NCBI GenBank assembly: GCA_965237675.1
Contig: OZ250150.1
Location: 5,440,001 to 5,504,000 of the forward strand
Reading direction: 5' to 3'
DNA length: 64,000 nt
Origin: Candidatus Latescibacterota bacterium
GTDB lineage: Bacteria > Latescibacterota > UBA2968 > GCA-2709665
Part shown: piece after piece, positions 52,942 through 62,804 of the stretch
How the letters are laid out: each line of letters opens with the position of its first letter
How positions within the stretch are numbered: position 1 is the first letter of the stretch
The notes under the pieces: model-generated
The model's database searches: none
Told to the model about the DNA's origin: nothing
Seen by the model: only the letters and a program-made list of their open reading frames with translations
Position numbers and translations under genes: made by a program

Positions 52942-53190
52942 TTAGAAAATGCCTCCGCCGAGCGCAAGGCGTATGATGCCAAAAAACAGCGCCACAATGC
53001 AGCATACTAAGCCCGCGATACCGCAGCTCTTGGAGTTGCTGCCCGCCGTAACCAGCGCGATGCCGCAGACGATGACGCCCAAGCCTGCAAAAGGGATATT
53101 GAGCCAGTTTAGCGAGCCGAGACAAGGAAAAAAGCCCACCACCATTCCAACAATAGCCAGAATTCCCCAAAGCAAACTAAGCACCCGCAT
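52942..53190 (-). CDS. Small membrane protein
   Basis: AGGAGG RBS; FFPCLGSLNWLNIPFA; three hydrophobic segments. Confidence 0.75.
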   Translation of the reverse strand: MRVLSLLWGILAIVGMVVGFFPCLGSLNWLNIPFAGLGVIVCGIALVTAGSNSKSCGIAGLVCCIVALFFGIIRLALGGGIF

Positions 53191-53194
53191 GATG

Positions 53195-53512
53195 TTACCT
53201 CCTTTTGTGCATCCGGCGCATCATGAAAACGGCGACCACTAGCTGATTGGCGAGCAAAGCTCCAAGAATGGCGACCGACCCTCGATTGTAGATAAGAGCT
53301 GCCGAGAAGTCGCCACGTGCAGTGGCCGCGAATGCGCGCGTCATGCCGCACAAAGCGCAGGTTTCCCCGTTGCGATGCGGCACCTTAAGAGCCTCGCTCG
53401 TGGAAAAAAGCGTTTCCTCCGGCACAAGGTAGGGCAAGATCAATATGAAAAGCAGCACAGTTGACGCCACCAACCACGCCGCCAAAAGGGTCCTCCTGGC
53501 ATAGCGGTCCAT
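53195..53512 (-). CDS. DUF2752-like membrane protein
   Basis: CALCGMTRAF..GDF.AA..YN; starts 31 nt after the repeat. Confidence 0.75.
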   Translation of the reverse strand: MDRYARRTLLAAWLVASTVLLFILILPYLVPEETLFSTSEALKVPHRNGETCALCGMTRAFAATARGDFSAALIYNRGSVAILGALLANQLVVAVFMMRRMHKRR

Positions 53513-53543
53513 TGCGTCGGCTCCGTCGTGAAATACGAGGATT

Positions 53544-53580
53544 GTTTCAATCCTTGTTCTGATGGAAGATTCCCGACGGT
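53544..53580 (-). repeat. Solitary family-2 CRISPR-like repeat (best-conserved copy)
   Basis: gtttcaatccttgttctgatggaagattcccgacggt. Confidence 0.9.
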
Positions 53581-53661
53581 GTGTGGAGCGCACGCGAGGC
53601 ACTGCTGTTCTGTGGGGTGCGTCTCATGTACGGTTAAGGCGCGGGGACGCACTATCCGCGG

Positions 53662-54744
53662 TCATGCCAGGTTGGCGACGCGGCGTTCGGCGGCGGCGAT
53701 GTCGGCGGCGCCGTCGAGCACGGTGATCTCCAGGTGGAACTCGCGTGTGGCGCCGGGTTCCAGGTACTCCAGGAAGTCGTGCCTGCGGTTCCAGGCGCGC
53801 CCGAGGGGCGAGCAGTTGCCCGGCTCCACGCCGGTCACGTAGCCGGCGGCGGCGAAGTGCTGCCACTGGGTGACCAGCGGCAGCTCGGCAGCCGGCATGC
53901 GCCACTGCAGGCCGTACGCAAGCCGGTCGTTGATCAACGCAACGGTCACGTTGCCGTTGGCGTCCGGTACCGGCCGGTGCACGTAGACGTCGTCGCCGGC
54001 GCCCGGCTCCGGGGCGCGCGCCCGCTCGTACTCCGCGGCATCGACCGGGCGGTCCTGCAGCCACTCGGTGCTGAACTGGCTGTTGACCACGAACCGGGTA
54101 CCCTCGTCGAGCAGCGGGAAGCCGGGATTGGTGTGGTACAGCAGCATCAACGGCGAGCGCAACCCGCCTAGGTTCTCCACTCGGTCGTGGATGCTGATGC
54201 GGCGCTCGCCCAGCGTAGTGGTGATTTCGCGGCGTAGCTCGAGGGTGGTGCCAAGTGCCACCGCTTCGCGCATGGTGCCGGCGATGCGCAGGCGGTATTG
54301 GTCTCCCTGCCAGCTTCCGCCGGCGCTCACGTCGCGCGCCGGGATGGCGGACAGCCGCCCGTGCAGGCCCAGCTCCTCGCCTTCCTCCTCCGGGTCGGTT
54401 TCGGGATGGCCGACGAAGGTCAGGCCGCAACTGATGAGCAGGCCGCCGAAGAAACTGCGCATCCAGCCGTAACCGCCGGGCTCGAAGAATGCCGGGCCGA
54501 CGTCACCGGTGGCGCTGCGGAAACACAGCGACCGCCCCCGGTAGGTGGCGGCAGCGATGTCGAGCGCCCGTCCGGGCAGCACCGAGAAGCTCAGTCCGGA
54601 GGCGTTGCTCACCTCGATCAATCCGGCGCCGCGCTCGTTGCCCTCGGTCAGCTCGGCGCGGCGAACGGCGGCGAGCTGGCTCATATCGCCGACCAACCGC
54701 AGCAGCTCCGCCTTCGTGTAGTCACGTCCAAACAGATGCGCCAT
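53662..54744 (-). CDS. Aldose 1-epimerase-like (DUF4432) protein
   Basis: GDMSQLA, LPGRALDI, FFGGLL.SCGL, LHGR, LYHTNPGFPLL, YVTGVEP; very GC-rich. Confidence 0.85.
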   Translation of the reverse strand: MAHLFGRDYTKAELLRLVGDMSQLAAVRRAELTEGNERGAGLIEVSNASGLSFSVLPGRALDIAAATYRGRSLCFRSATGDVGPAFFEPGGYGWMRSFFGGLLISCGLTFVGHPETDPEEEGEELGLHGRLSAIPARDVSAGGSWQGDQYRLRIAGTMREAVALGTTLELRREITTTLGERRISIHDRVENLGGLRSPLMLLYHTNPGFPLLDEGTRFVVNSQFSTEWLQDRPVDAAEYERARAPEPGAGDDVYVHRPVPDANGNVTVALINDRLAYGLQWRMPAAELPLVTQWQHFAAAGYVTGVEPGNCSPLGRAWNRRHDFLEYLEPGATREFHLEITVLDGAADIAAAERRVANLA

Positions 54745-54856
54745 GCTCGCTCTCTCCTCTCGTGGACGGGCGGCGCCCGGTCAGCGGTCGTGCCAGCGGG
54801 TGTTGCTGCCGGTGCCGCCGGTGAGGCCGATCACCCGCCCCATGATCGCCGCGCCG

Positions 54857-55002
54857 TTACGCCGGGTGCCTCGCCGGGGCAACGTGAGCGCGGCCGATCT
54901 GTCCTACCGAGGTACAGCCGATGAGCGCCATGGTGCGGCTCATCTCCTCGGCCAGCAGGCTTACCGCGTAGTCGACCCCCGCTTCGCCGCCGTTGCCAGA
55001 CT
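54857..55002 (-). pseudogene. C-terminal fragment of an FMN-dependent alpha-hydroxy-acid oxidase, cut at the array repeat
   Basis: GNGGEAGVDYAVSLLAEEMSRTMALIGC begins immediately after ATTGAAAC of the last array repeat. Confidence 0.75.
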
Positions 55003-57672
55003 GTTTCAATCCGCTCCCCCCACCGAAGTGAGGGGAGATGTCATCTCGGGCGCGTGCGCGAAGTCCTTCCACGAGTTTCAATCCGCTCCCCCCACCGAAG
55101 TGAGGGGAGATATTCAGGATGTTTCCGCGTCTATCGTTCCGTCTCCGGTTTCAATCCGCTCCCCCCACCGAAGTGAGGGGAGATATGGACGAAGAAGTCA
55201 TACACTACGACTCCCGGATAGGTTTCAATCCGCTCCCCCCACCGAAGTGAGGGGAGATTTTTATGATGGACTGGATAGACGCCGAAAGAAACAGTTTCAA
55301 TCCGCTCCCCCCACCGAAGTGAGGGGAGATCTGTATCCGTGCGCCTCATCGCCCTCGACCTCTCACAAGTTTCAATCCGCTCCCCCCACCGAAGTGAGGG
55401 GAGATCAGCGCGGGTATGCCTTCCTCGCGCACGACATCCAAAGTTTCAATCCGCTCCCCCCACCGAAGTGAGGGGAGATGAATCTGACGGGTATCGTACC
55501 CGCCGTCCCACTCGAGTTTCAATCCGCTCCCCCCACCGAAGTGAGGGGAGATCCTTCGCGTATGACGAGGGCCTTGATCCTTTCATGAGACAGTTTCAAT
55601 CCGCTCCCCCCACCGAAGTGAGGGGAGATCGCTTGCTCGGTGGCTGAGAGTTGCGATACTTACGTGTTTCAATCCGCTCCCCCCACCGAAGTGAGGGGAG
55701 ATCTCCCAGGCGGCACAATGGCGGTTAGTGGGAACCAGGTTTCAATCCGCTCCCCCCACCGAAGTGAGGGGAGATCGCCGGGCGGCGACCTGTGGGAAGC
55801 GTCGGGGATGGTCGTTTCAATCCGCTCCCCCCACCGAAGTGAGGGGAGATGCCGTGGGCGTTTTCATTCCGGGAAAGGCTGACATGTTTCAATCCGCTCC
55901 CCCCACCGAAGTGAGGGGAGATCAGGGGCCGCTTGCCGGGGTTACCATCAAGGATCCGCGTTTCAATCCGCTCCCCCCACCGAAGTGAGGGGAGATCTCT
56001 GTCGGGCATGGCGAAAAGAACCAACAAAAGCAAGTTTCAATCCGCTCCCCCCACCGAAGTGAGGGGAGATATCCTTATCTCGCGCCGGCACTGTTGGGTA
56101 CGACGAGTTTCAATCCGCTCCCCCCACCGAAGTGAGGGGAGATTTAAACCGGGGCCACAATACAGGAGGGTAAATAATGGTTTCAATCCGCTCCCCCCAC
56201 CGAAGTGAGGGGAGATGTCGGCCGGAATTCTTGCCGAACACGATAGCGCAGTTTCAATCCGCTCCCCCCACCGAAGTGAGGGGAGATTAATGCCTGATTT
56301 TACTGGCGAACAAAAGAAAAAGTTTCAATCCGCTCCCCCCACCGAAGTGAGGGGAGATGGGCGCACAGATCGCCTCTGAGCGTTCCTTTTGTGGTTTCAA
56401 TCCGCTCCCCCCACCGAAGTGAGGGGAGATTCCTGTCTTCATCCGTGAATACATATCCTTCAGGCATGTTTCAATCCGCTCCCCCCACCGAAGTGAGGGG
56501 AGATCTACGATGCGGTATCGGATGTCGGTGCCTGCAATGTTTCAATCCGCTCCCCCCACCGAAGTGAGGGGAGATAGACAGCGGGTGGGCATTGACGACT
56601 GACGCGATAGGTTTCAATCCGCTCCCCCCACCGAAGTGAGGGGAGATTTGTCTGCCGGACGCGGCGCAATGCCGTCGCCATAAGTTTCAATCCGCTCCCC
56701 CCACCGAAGTGAGGGGAGATCCCGAAATGCAAGGGTGGTGGGACAAGTGCACTCAGGACGTTTCAATCCGCTCCCCCCACCGAAGTGAGGGGAGATGCGC
56801 GATGACGCCAAGACAAAAGTCATTCACAATGTTTCAATCCGCTCCCCCCACCGAAGTGAGGGGAGATTCGTAACCGTGCACGAACTGCTCAAAAGCGTCG
56901 ATGGTTTCAATCCGCTCCCCCCACCGAAGTGAGGGGAGATCCACGCCCCGCGCGGGTTCGCGCAACTCGTAGGAATGTTTCAATCCGCTCCCCCCACCGA
57001 AGTGAGGGGAGATTGCCTGTCTCCTCTTGAATCAGTGACGCGCTCAGGTTTCAATCCGCTCCCCCCACCGAAGTGAGGGGAGATTCATTTTCGTGCCTAC
57101 CTGCACAGCGAAAGACACGGTGTTTCAATCCGCTCCCCCCACCGAAGTGAGGGGAGATTCCCCGACCCCTCCCCTCCCACGGCCGTTCCTCCACGTTTCA
57201 ATCCGCTCCCCCCACCGAAGTGAGGGGAGATCAGGTTGCTCGACAAGGCCGTCCCAGGGGCTACGTGTTTCAATCCGCTCCCCCCACCGAAGTGAGGGGA
57301 GATGTGTCGCCTGTGGCCCTGGGGGTTTTGACCCGTACAGGTTTCAATCCGCTCCCCCCACCGAAGTGAGGGGAGATCCGTGGTGTCCTGGGCCTTGCCC
57401 TGGGTCTATACTGGTTTCAATCCGCTCCCCCCACCGAAGTGAGGGGAGATGTGCCGTCGCGGGCGTACGTCACCTCGGAACCAAAGGTTTCAATCCGCTC
57501 CCCCCACCGAAGTGAGGGGAGATCCAGGGGCGTCCGTGGGAGAGGCGGGTGGTGGGTCCGGGTTTCAATCCGCTCCCCCCACCGAAGTGAGGGGAGATGT
57601 ACGTGGTCGCGGCGGCTTACGCCGCGCTGGGTACGGTTTCAATCCGCTCCCCCCACCGAAGTGAGGGGAGAT
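55003..57672 (-). CRISPR. Type I-C CRISPR array, 37 repeats and 36 spacers
   Basis: 37-nt repeat ATCTCCCCTCACTTCGGTGGGGGGAGCGGATTGAAAC (minus strand); spacers of about 34-40 bp; counted by eye. Confidence 0.98.
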
Positions 57673-57852
57673 GCTGGTTGCTACAACCAGCAGAATACCA
57701 AAGGTTTACACAGGCGGATGCGCGATTCCATCGAATCGGTAACAAACAATCCTGAATTCAACATCGATGAGCCCTCCAACCTGTTATTAAACAAAAGGTT
57801 TCGCAACCCGCGAAACCCCAGGCAAAATTCCGTCACTCTACGTTCGCGCAAC
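57673..57852 (-). promoter_or_regulatory. CRISPR leader
   Basis: Lower-GC noncoding segment between cas2 and the first repeat. Confidence 0.75.
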
Positions 57853-58140
57853 CTATAAAACCAGCGGACCCGATAGGTCCACGGGTTTACTGATACCGTG
57901 ATGCTCTGTCTCCTTTCCGGTGTCTTCGTCCAGGTGATAGATTCGAAGGGAGTCTTGCTCATGATCGATTTCCTTTAACAAACGATTTCGGAGCACGGCC
58001 CATTCCGTTTTTCCGACCTTACATTCAAACAGCGACTTTTGTACTCGTACGCCGAAATCCTCACAGGCTCTTGCGACGCGCCGCAGTCGCTTTTGTCCAG
58101 CCCGGTCAATCGTCGAGACGTCGTACGCGATCAGTTTCAA
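57853..58140 (-). CDS. cas2: CRISPR-associated Cas2
   Basis: IAYDVST..RLRRVARAC..GVRVQKSLFEC..DSLRIY; probable TTG start at 58140 within a repeat-like sequence. Confidence 0.93.
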   Translation of the reverse strand: MKLIAYDVSTIDRAGQKRLRRVARACEDFGVRVQKSLFECKVGKTEWAVLRNRLLKEIDHEQDSLRIYHLDEDTGKETEHHGISKPVDLSGPLVL

Positions 58141-58176
58141 TCCGCTCTCCTGCAATAGAACAGGTGAAATCCTACT

Positions 58177-59238
58177 TCATTTGGGTATGTACGGGATATA
58201 GTCGGGAATATCGCCACGGAGCTTTCGCGCCAGCAACCTGGCTTGAATGCTGAACACCTGCCCTAAACGGATATTTTCCTTGAACAGCGCGTGCTTTACC
58301 TCGGTTTGCTTCCGGCGTTGCCAGGCCTGGATAACCTCTTTCCTGCCCCGGTCGGTAAACTCCACTGCGCCGCCTTCGCGCTCGAGGAAGTGTCCAGGTT
58401 CAATCTGGCGACGATTGATCAGGGTCAATGCCAGCCGCTCAGCCAAACAGGGTCGGAACTCTTCCATCAGATCCAGCGCACAAGCCGGCCTACCAGCCCT
58501 TGTGGCATGGAGCCAGCCGACGTACGGGTCCAGCCCAGCGGTCGTCAACGCGGCCAAACAGTCGTGCCGCACCAGTGCGTAGATGAAGGAAAGCAGGCAG
58601 TTTACCCGGTCACGGGGCGGACGCCGCGAGCGCGTAATAAATCTGAAGTCTTCCCGCTGTTGTTTAAGCATGTACTGGAAGGCCGAGAAATATTTCCTGG
58701 CGCCCAGACCTTCCATACCCCTGATCGGATCGAGTGCCTCCCGAAGCCCGCAATTCGTTGCAACGGGTGGAGCATTGCCGAGTTGATCGATCAGCCGGGC
58801 TAATTCATCTGCGGCACCCACCAACTCCCTGCGGTCCGAATCCGTCTCGGCTTCGCGGCCGGACCGCAATAGATTGGAACGCGAATTCTGCAGCTTTCCG
58901 GCGACGAACTGCCGGGCAATGCGAGCAGCAACCTCCGGGCTGTCCGCCGCCGCGTATTGAGCCCGGCGGAGCAGATACCGGGTGTCTCCGCTTCCCAGAA
59001 CCTGCGCCAGCAGATGTCCGTTCTCGGTATGGTAATGGACGGCAACCTGATGCTGCCAGCACAGGGACATTGCAGGTGGCGTAACCACGACCCGACCGAA
59101 CGCGCAGATACTTTCCAGGTGATGAATCGGCACGGTCAATCGTGTTTGTTTTTCGATTTCGACCCGGAGCGTCAAATGATCCCTGTGGACAACAGTGCCC
59201 GGAGTCGTCAGATACAGGGTGTTCTGGATGATAGCCAT
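58177..59238 (-). CDS. cas1: CRISPR-associated Cas1 (type I-C)
   Basis: NTLYLTT, RGMEG.GA..YF, RSRRPPRD.VN.LLSF.Y, GLDPY.G.LH, ALDLMEEFR. Confidence 0.97.
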   Translation of the reverse strand: MAIIQNTLYLTTPGTVVHRDHLTLRVEIEKQTRLTVPIHHLESICAFGRVVVTPPAMSLCWQHQVAVHYHTENGHLLAQVLGSGDTRYLLRRAQYAAADSPEVAARIARQFVAGKLQNSRSNLLRSGREAETDSDRRELVGAADELARLIDQLGNAPPVATNCGLREALDPIRGMEGLGARKYFSAFQYMLKQQREDFRFITRSRRPPRDRVNCLLSFIYALVRHDCLAALTTAGLDPYVGWLHATRAGRPACALDLMEEFRPCLAERLALTLINRRQIEPGHFLEREGGAVEFTDRGRKEVIQAWQRRKQTEVKHALFKENIRLGQVFSIQARLLARKLRGDIPDYIPYIPK

Positions 59239-59281
59239 AACAGGTCCGTAAGCCAGGTTTGGCCTGTGGAACCAGGCAAAT

Positions 59282-59983
59282 TTAGTCTGAGGTGTCGAAC
59301 ACCTCCCGGCCGGCTTGAAGAAGGATGGGCGGAGCGCTGGTTATTTCGGGAAGGCAGTAATGAAAAAGCGAGCACTCCGAACATTGTGGCTTATGGACGG
59401 CTTGGGGGACCACTTCCTCTTCGATAAGCCGATGCACGGCTTCGATGGCGTGTTCTGTGAGTCGGCGCAGATCGCCGTCAAACTCAACTTCTCGCCGGCG
59501 CCTGCTCGTGGCGTGGTAGATAGCCCCTCGGGGAATCTCCAATTCGAACATTTCTTCGAGGCACAACGCTTGTGCGCAAAGCTGGGCGTCATCGTTGTCG
59601 AACTTGCGGCGTTTGCCCTTCTTATATTCAACTGGATAGACGCTTTCGACATTATCCGGCAAATATCGGGTTTTTTTTCGCTTAGAAGAACGTTTGAGTT
59701 TCACCTCAACAATATCGCATTTTCCAGAGAGCCCCAGCCTTTGGGACCATACCGGCAATGCCCGAAGCACTTCTGTATGTGCCGCCTTCTCGTACCCTGG
59801 TACATCGGCCTGCTCGTGAAATTGACTGCCGATTAGCGTGTGCTCGTTTTCGGTGAAAGTACCCTCGACATGGATCAAGCCCGCCCGCCGAGGGCAATAG
59901 AGGTACTGGTTGATAGCGGAGAGCGGAATGATCCGCTCTCCGCTATCGTACGGGTGGATCGGCTGGAAAACGGATTCATTCAT
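59282..59983 (-). CDS. cas4: CRISPR-associated Cas4
   Basis: YCPR, G..DIVE, PVEYKKG, QLCAQALCLEEM, C..CSL..C. Confidence 0.96.
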   Translation of the reverse strand: MNESVFQPIHPYDSGERIIPLSAINQYLYCPRRAGLIHVEGTFTENEHTLIGSQFHEQADVPGYEKAAHTEVLRALPVWSQRLGLSGKCDIVEVKLKRSSKRKKTRYLPDNVESVYPVEYKKGKRRKFDNDDAQLCAQALCLEEMFELEIPRGAIYHATSRRRREVEFDGDLRRLTEHAIEAVHRLIEEEVVPQAVHKPQCSECSLFHYCLPEITSAPPILLQAGREVFDTSD

Positions 59984-60929
59984 GACGCCTATTTAAGCAA
60001 ATGCCGGCGGGCAGATCGACACTGTCCCATCCGCAGCCAACCTCATAATCGGCGAAGGATTGCGGGAATTCCACGCTGTCCTTCAGTTTTACCTCTATTC
60101 CCTCAAAAAGCTTGTGGGCATGGGCACAGCCGAGGCGGGCTTCGCGTTTTTTTTGTTCGGCATTATTTTCATGTTGGGTGCCAACGTGCTCAAAGTCGTA
60201 AATCCCTCGCACCACCATTTCACCGCGAGCAGCGGAGCGGTCATGCTCGAACATCTGGTTGAGCGCATCGAAGAGGACATCGAGGTCGGCGTTAGTGAAC
60301 CCGGTGCGTTCGGCAAAAGCAGGCGAGACGTAAACCTTGGCGGCGAAGAGGGCATAGGGTACGATGTGCTTATTGCCCATGGTGCGTTCCTTGTCTGCGT
60401 CCTCCTCTTTTGTGACGGCACCGCGAGTAATGGAGATCTCCAGTGGCGTGATAGGATGGTACGACTGGCCAAAGGTGAACTGCACCGGACCGCGCACCTG
60501 ACCCCAAGCGGAGCCTTTCATGATGCTTTCCCCTACGCCGAGTACACCGCCGAACGCACGCACATCAAAGAACTCACGGCACAGCCATTTCATGGCAGCT
60601 TCTTGCTTCTCGTTCTTGGAAGCACCCGAGTCCAAACTCTCGGCACTTTTCTCAACGCCATTGTCGATCTCGTTATTGATTATGGCACCCTGCCTTATCA
60701 ACAGATTATAGCCGTTGGCATCATCTTCAGCCCGTTCGGGCGAGAACATTTCAACGAAGTTGCGCACCTTACGCTTGAGGCACACGTCGGAGACGAGACC
60801 CCGATTGGTGTTGTGATCTTGACGCGGCATGTTACCAGCATCGGGATCGCCATTGGGATTTCCGTTGGTGACCTCGAAGAGCAGCAAAACGTCGTGCCGA
60901 TTGGTGAGAATATCGTTGTTTCGATTCAT
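59976..60929 (-). CDS. cas7: Cas7c (Csd2)
   Basis: NGNPNGDPDAGNMPR, DVCLKRKVRN, FFDVRAFG, GPVQ, MFEHDRSAARG. Confidence 0.96.
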   Translation of the reverse strand: MNRNNDILTNRHDVLLLFEVTNGNPNGDPDAGNMPRQDHNTNRGLVSDVCLKRKVRNFVEMFSPERAEDDANGYNLLIRQGAIINNEIDNGVEKSAESLDSGASKNEKQEAAMKWLCREFFDVRAFGGVLGVGESIMKGSAWGQVRGPVQFTFGQSYHPITPLEISITRGAVTKEEDADKERTMGNKHIVPYALFAAKVYVSPAFAERTGFTNADLDVLFDALNQMFEHDRSAARGEMVVRGIYDFEHVGTQHENNAEQKKREARLGCAHAHKLFEGIEVKLKDSVEFPQSFADYEVGCGWDSVDLPAGICLNRRHE

Positions 60930-60954
60930 TGATGAATTCCTTTCTGTGAAAGAT

Positions 60955-62802
60955 TTATTGGTTGCTTTCCTTTTTTTCTTGTGCTGCCTCGCGGGCGACG
61001 CGGTCGGCGGCTTTTTGCTGGTAAAAACCGAGGGCGAAACGCCCCTGCGCGTGCAAATCCAACGTACGGGGGAATGGGTAGATTTTGGTTGACACTTCTT
61101 GAATAGCCTCGTCCAAGAAGCGGTCATGTCCTTTGTACTTATCGGACTTGCGGATATTGTTGAGATGGTGGCGGTTGAGCTTGAGGAGGACCGGAAACAC
61201 CGAGGCTGGCGAGGCCATGGCAGTACCAAAATAACGCTCGGCGACTCCGGCTCCTTCGAGCTGATAATCATGTGCCTTGGCTTGGGCCTCGGTGAGCACA
61301 GCGAGCAACCGTCCGCATTGATAGGCGGCATCTTCCGCCTTTGCGTCCTGTTGTTCAGTAATTTCCATGGTGTTTCCCTTTCGGTTTCGATTGAGAACGA
61401 GCTTTGCCAAGGCTAACCGGGAATGGTTCAACAATGCCGTGCTTCCATCGCGTGCCATATCAACGCGCAGGCGGTTCAACAGGGGATGCAAAAGAGCAAG
61501 TGAGGGCGCGGTCCCTTCCAGCGCGGCGCGAAATAACTGAGCGGTCACTTCCGTCTGCAAATCTTTTGCGTCGCGTACTGTAGTGCAAGCCAGTCGGAAC
61601 AGGGCTAATGGCGGCATCTTTTCTTTGCCAGTGGGCAGGCGCACCGGCTCCAGATCGAGATCGCGGAACCAGCGCCGCAGATTTTCCGTGGCGGTTTCCA
61701 GCGTCGTTTGCATCCAGTGGCGCACAACGATGCGGCCACTATTGCCCGCGAGAGTGACGGCATGGAACTGCTCCTGCCGCATTGCATCGCGTTCCTGTCC
61801 GACCCACGGGGACTTCAAAAAATGCGCCACTGCCATGGGATCGGCTTGGTTGAGTAAAACACCCCAATCGCTGGTGGCGTCCGTTTCATTCCGAGTCCAA
61901 AAACAGCATGATGCCTGCCCTAAGCGGATGGAATGATCTTTGCGGCCAAGCATCGCGTTGAGCGCGGTGCAATAGGCGGTGGCCGCCCGGGTGGAGGTGG
62001 AAGCATTTAGACTTTGCTCAAAACCGTAGGAGGCGAAGGCATCCTTATCAAACGAGACAATCGACGCGCCGAAGGCTTGGGTGTTGGGCACGCCTTGGAC
62101 TTTGGGGTTGTGGGTCATCGCAATAGGCTGATCGCTCTCCCCGGTGACCAAACAGAGTCCGTGGGGCGCATCCGCCTCGTGGTCTTCATTTTCCTTCTCG
62201 AATTGATTCCGCCAAAAGGGCCGGATGTGAATTTCATCCTCCAGAAGCAATTGCTCCTCCACGCGGAATGAAAAGTTGTCCGGCCCTAGTTTAACCTCTC
62301 CGCCATCGGCTTTGGTGATCCACCAAGCAGGTTTCTCCTTGGGCTTGGCGTCAGAACTGATACCCCAGCGCATAAAGGACAGCATCTGTCCCGGTTCGGG
62401 CTTGAACGCCAACAGGGTCTTGAGCGTCAGACTGAGTGTGTGCTCCTGCGCCTTTTCAATCTGCGCCCAAAAGTCATTGTACTTACGCAAATTGTTCTCA
62501 TTACGGTCCTTCCGCTTCTTTTCGGACATAGGTTGTTCCGGGTTCGCGTCAAATCCGAACACGGCCGTAATGCCATCCGCCATGAACTCGGCCACCCCGC
62601 CAGCCACCTTGGGCCGAGTTGTCTTTGGACAATCGAACTCCTTGCCTCGGTTCCTTTCCCCCTCGGTTTCCACCGGCCCTTGGCCCACGAGATTGCCCAT
62701 CGTGTCCAAAGTAACGATCCATCGCACTGCCTTTGGTTTGAAAGCTAGGTTATTCAGCAGTTTTCGAGATTTCGCGAAATCGTTCAAATGTTGCAGCAGC
62801 AT
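60955..62802 (-). CDS. cas8c: Cas8c (Csd1)
   Basis: CLVTG, IVSFDKDAF.SYG..Q, NSGRIVVR.W, AYQCGRLLAVL, QGRFALGFYQQ. Confidence 0.95.
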   Translation of the reverse strand: MLLQHLNDFAKSRKLLNNLAFKPKAVRWIVTLDTMGNLVGQGPVETEGERNRGKEFDCPKTTRPKVAGGVAEFMADGITAVFGFDANPEQPMSEKKRKDRNENNLRKYNDFWAQIEKAQEHTLSLTLKTLLAFKPEPGQMLSFMRWGISSDAKPKEKPAWWITKADGGEVKLGPDNFSFRVEEQLLLEDEIHIRPFWRNQFEKENEDHEADAPHGLCLVTGESDQPIAMTHNPKVQGVPNTQAFGASIVSFDKDAFASYGFEQSLNASTSTRAATAYCTALNAMLGRKDHSIRLGQASCCFWTRNETDATSDWGVLLNQADPMAVAHFLKSPWVGQERDAMRQEQFHAVTLAGNSGRIVVRHWMQTTLETATENLRRWFRDLDLEPVRLPTGKEKMPPLALFRLACTTVRDAKDLQTEVTAQLFRAALEGTAPSLALLHPLLNRLRVDMARDGSTALLNHSRLALAKLVLNRNRKGNTMEITEQQDAKAEDAAYQCGRLLAVLTEAQAKAHDYQLEGAGVAERYFGTAMASPASVFPVLLKLNRHHLNNIRKSDKYKGHDRFLDEAIQEVSTKIYPFPRTLDLHAQGRFALGFYQQKAADRVAREAAQEKKESNQ

Positions 62803-62804
62803 TA

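Noticed and set aside
38772-55002. Classical integron explanation for the cassette region
   Set aside because: No tyrosine integrase is seen in the window, and the repeats lack the attC RYYYAAC...GTTRRRY palindromic structure.
54743-57962. ORFs overlapping the CRISPR array (FQSAPPTEVRGD repeats)
   Set aside because: Translations of repeats and spacers, not genes.
60930-61331. N-terminal extension of the 451-aa cas7 ORF
   Set aside because: Overlaps cas8c in another frame; Cas7c similarity starts at ATG 60929, which has an RBS.
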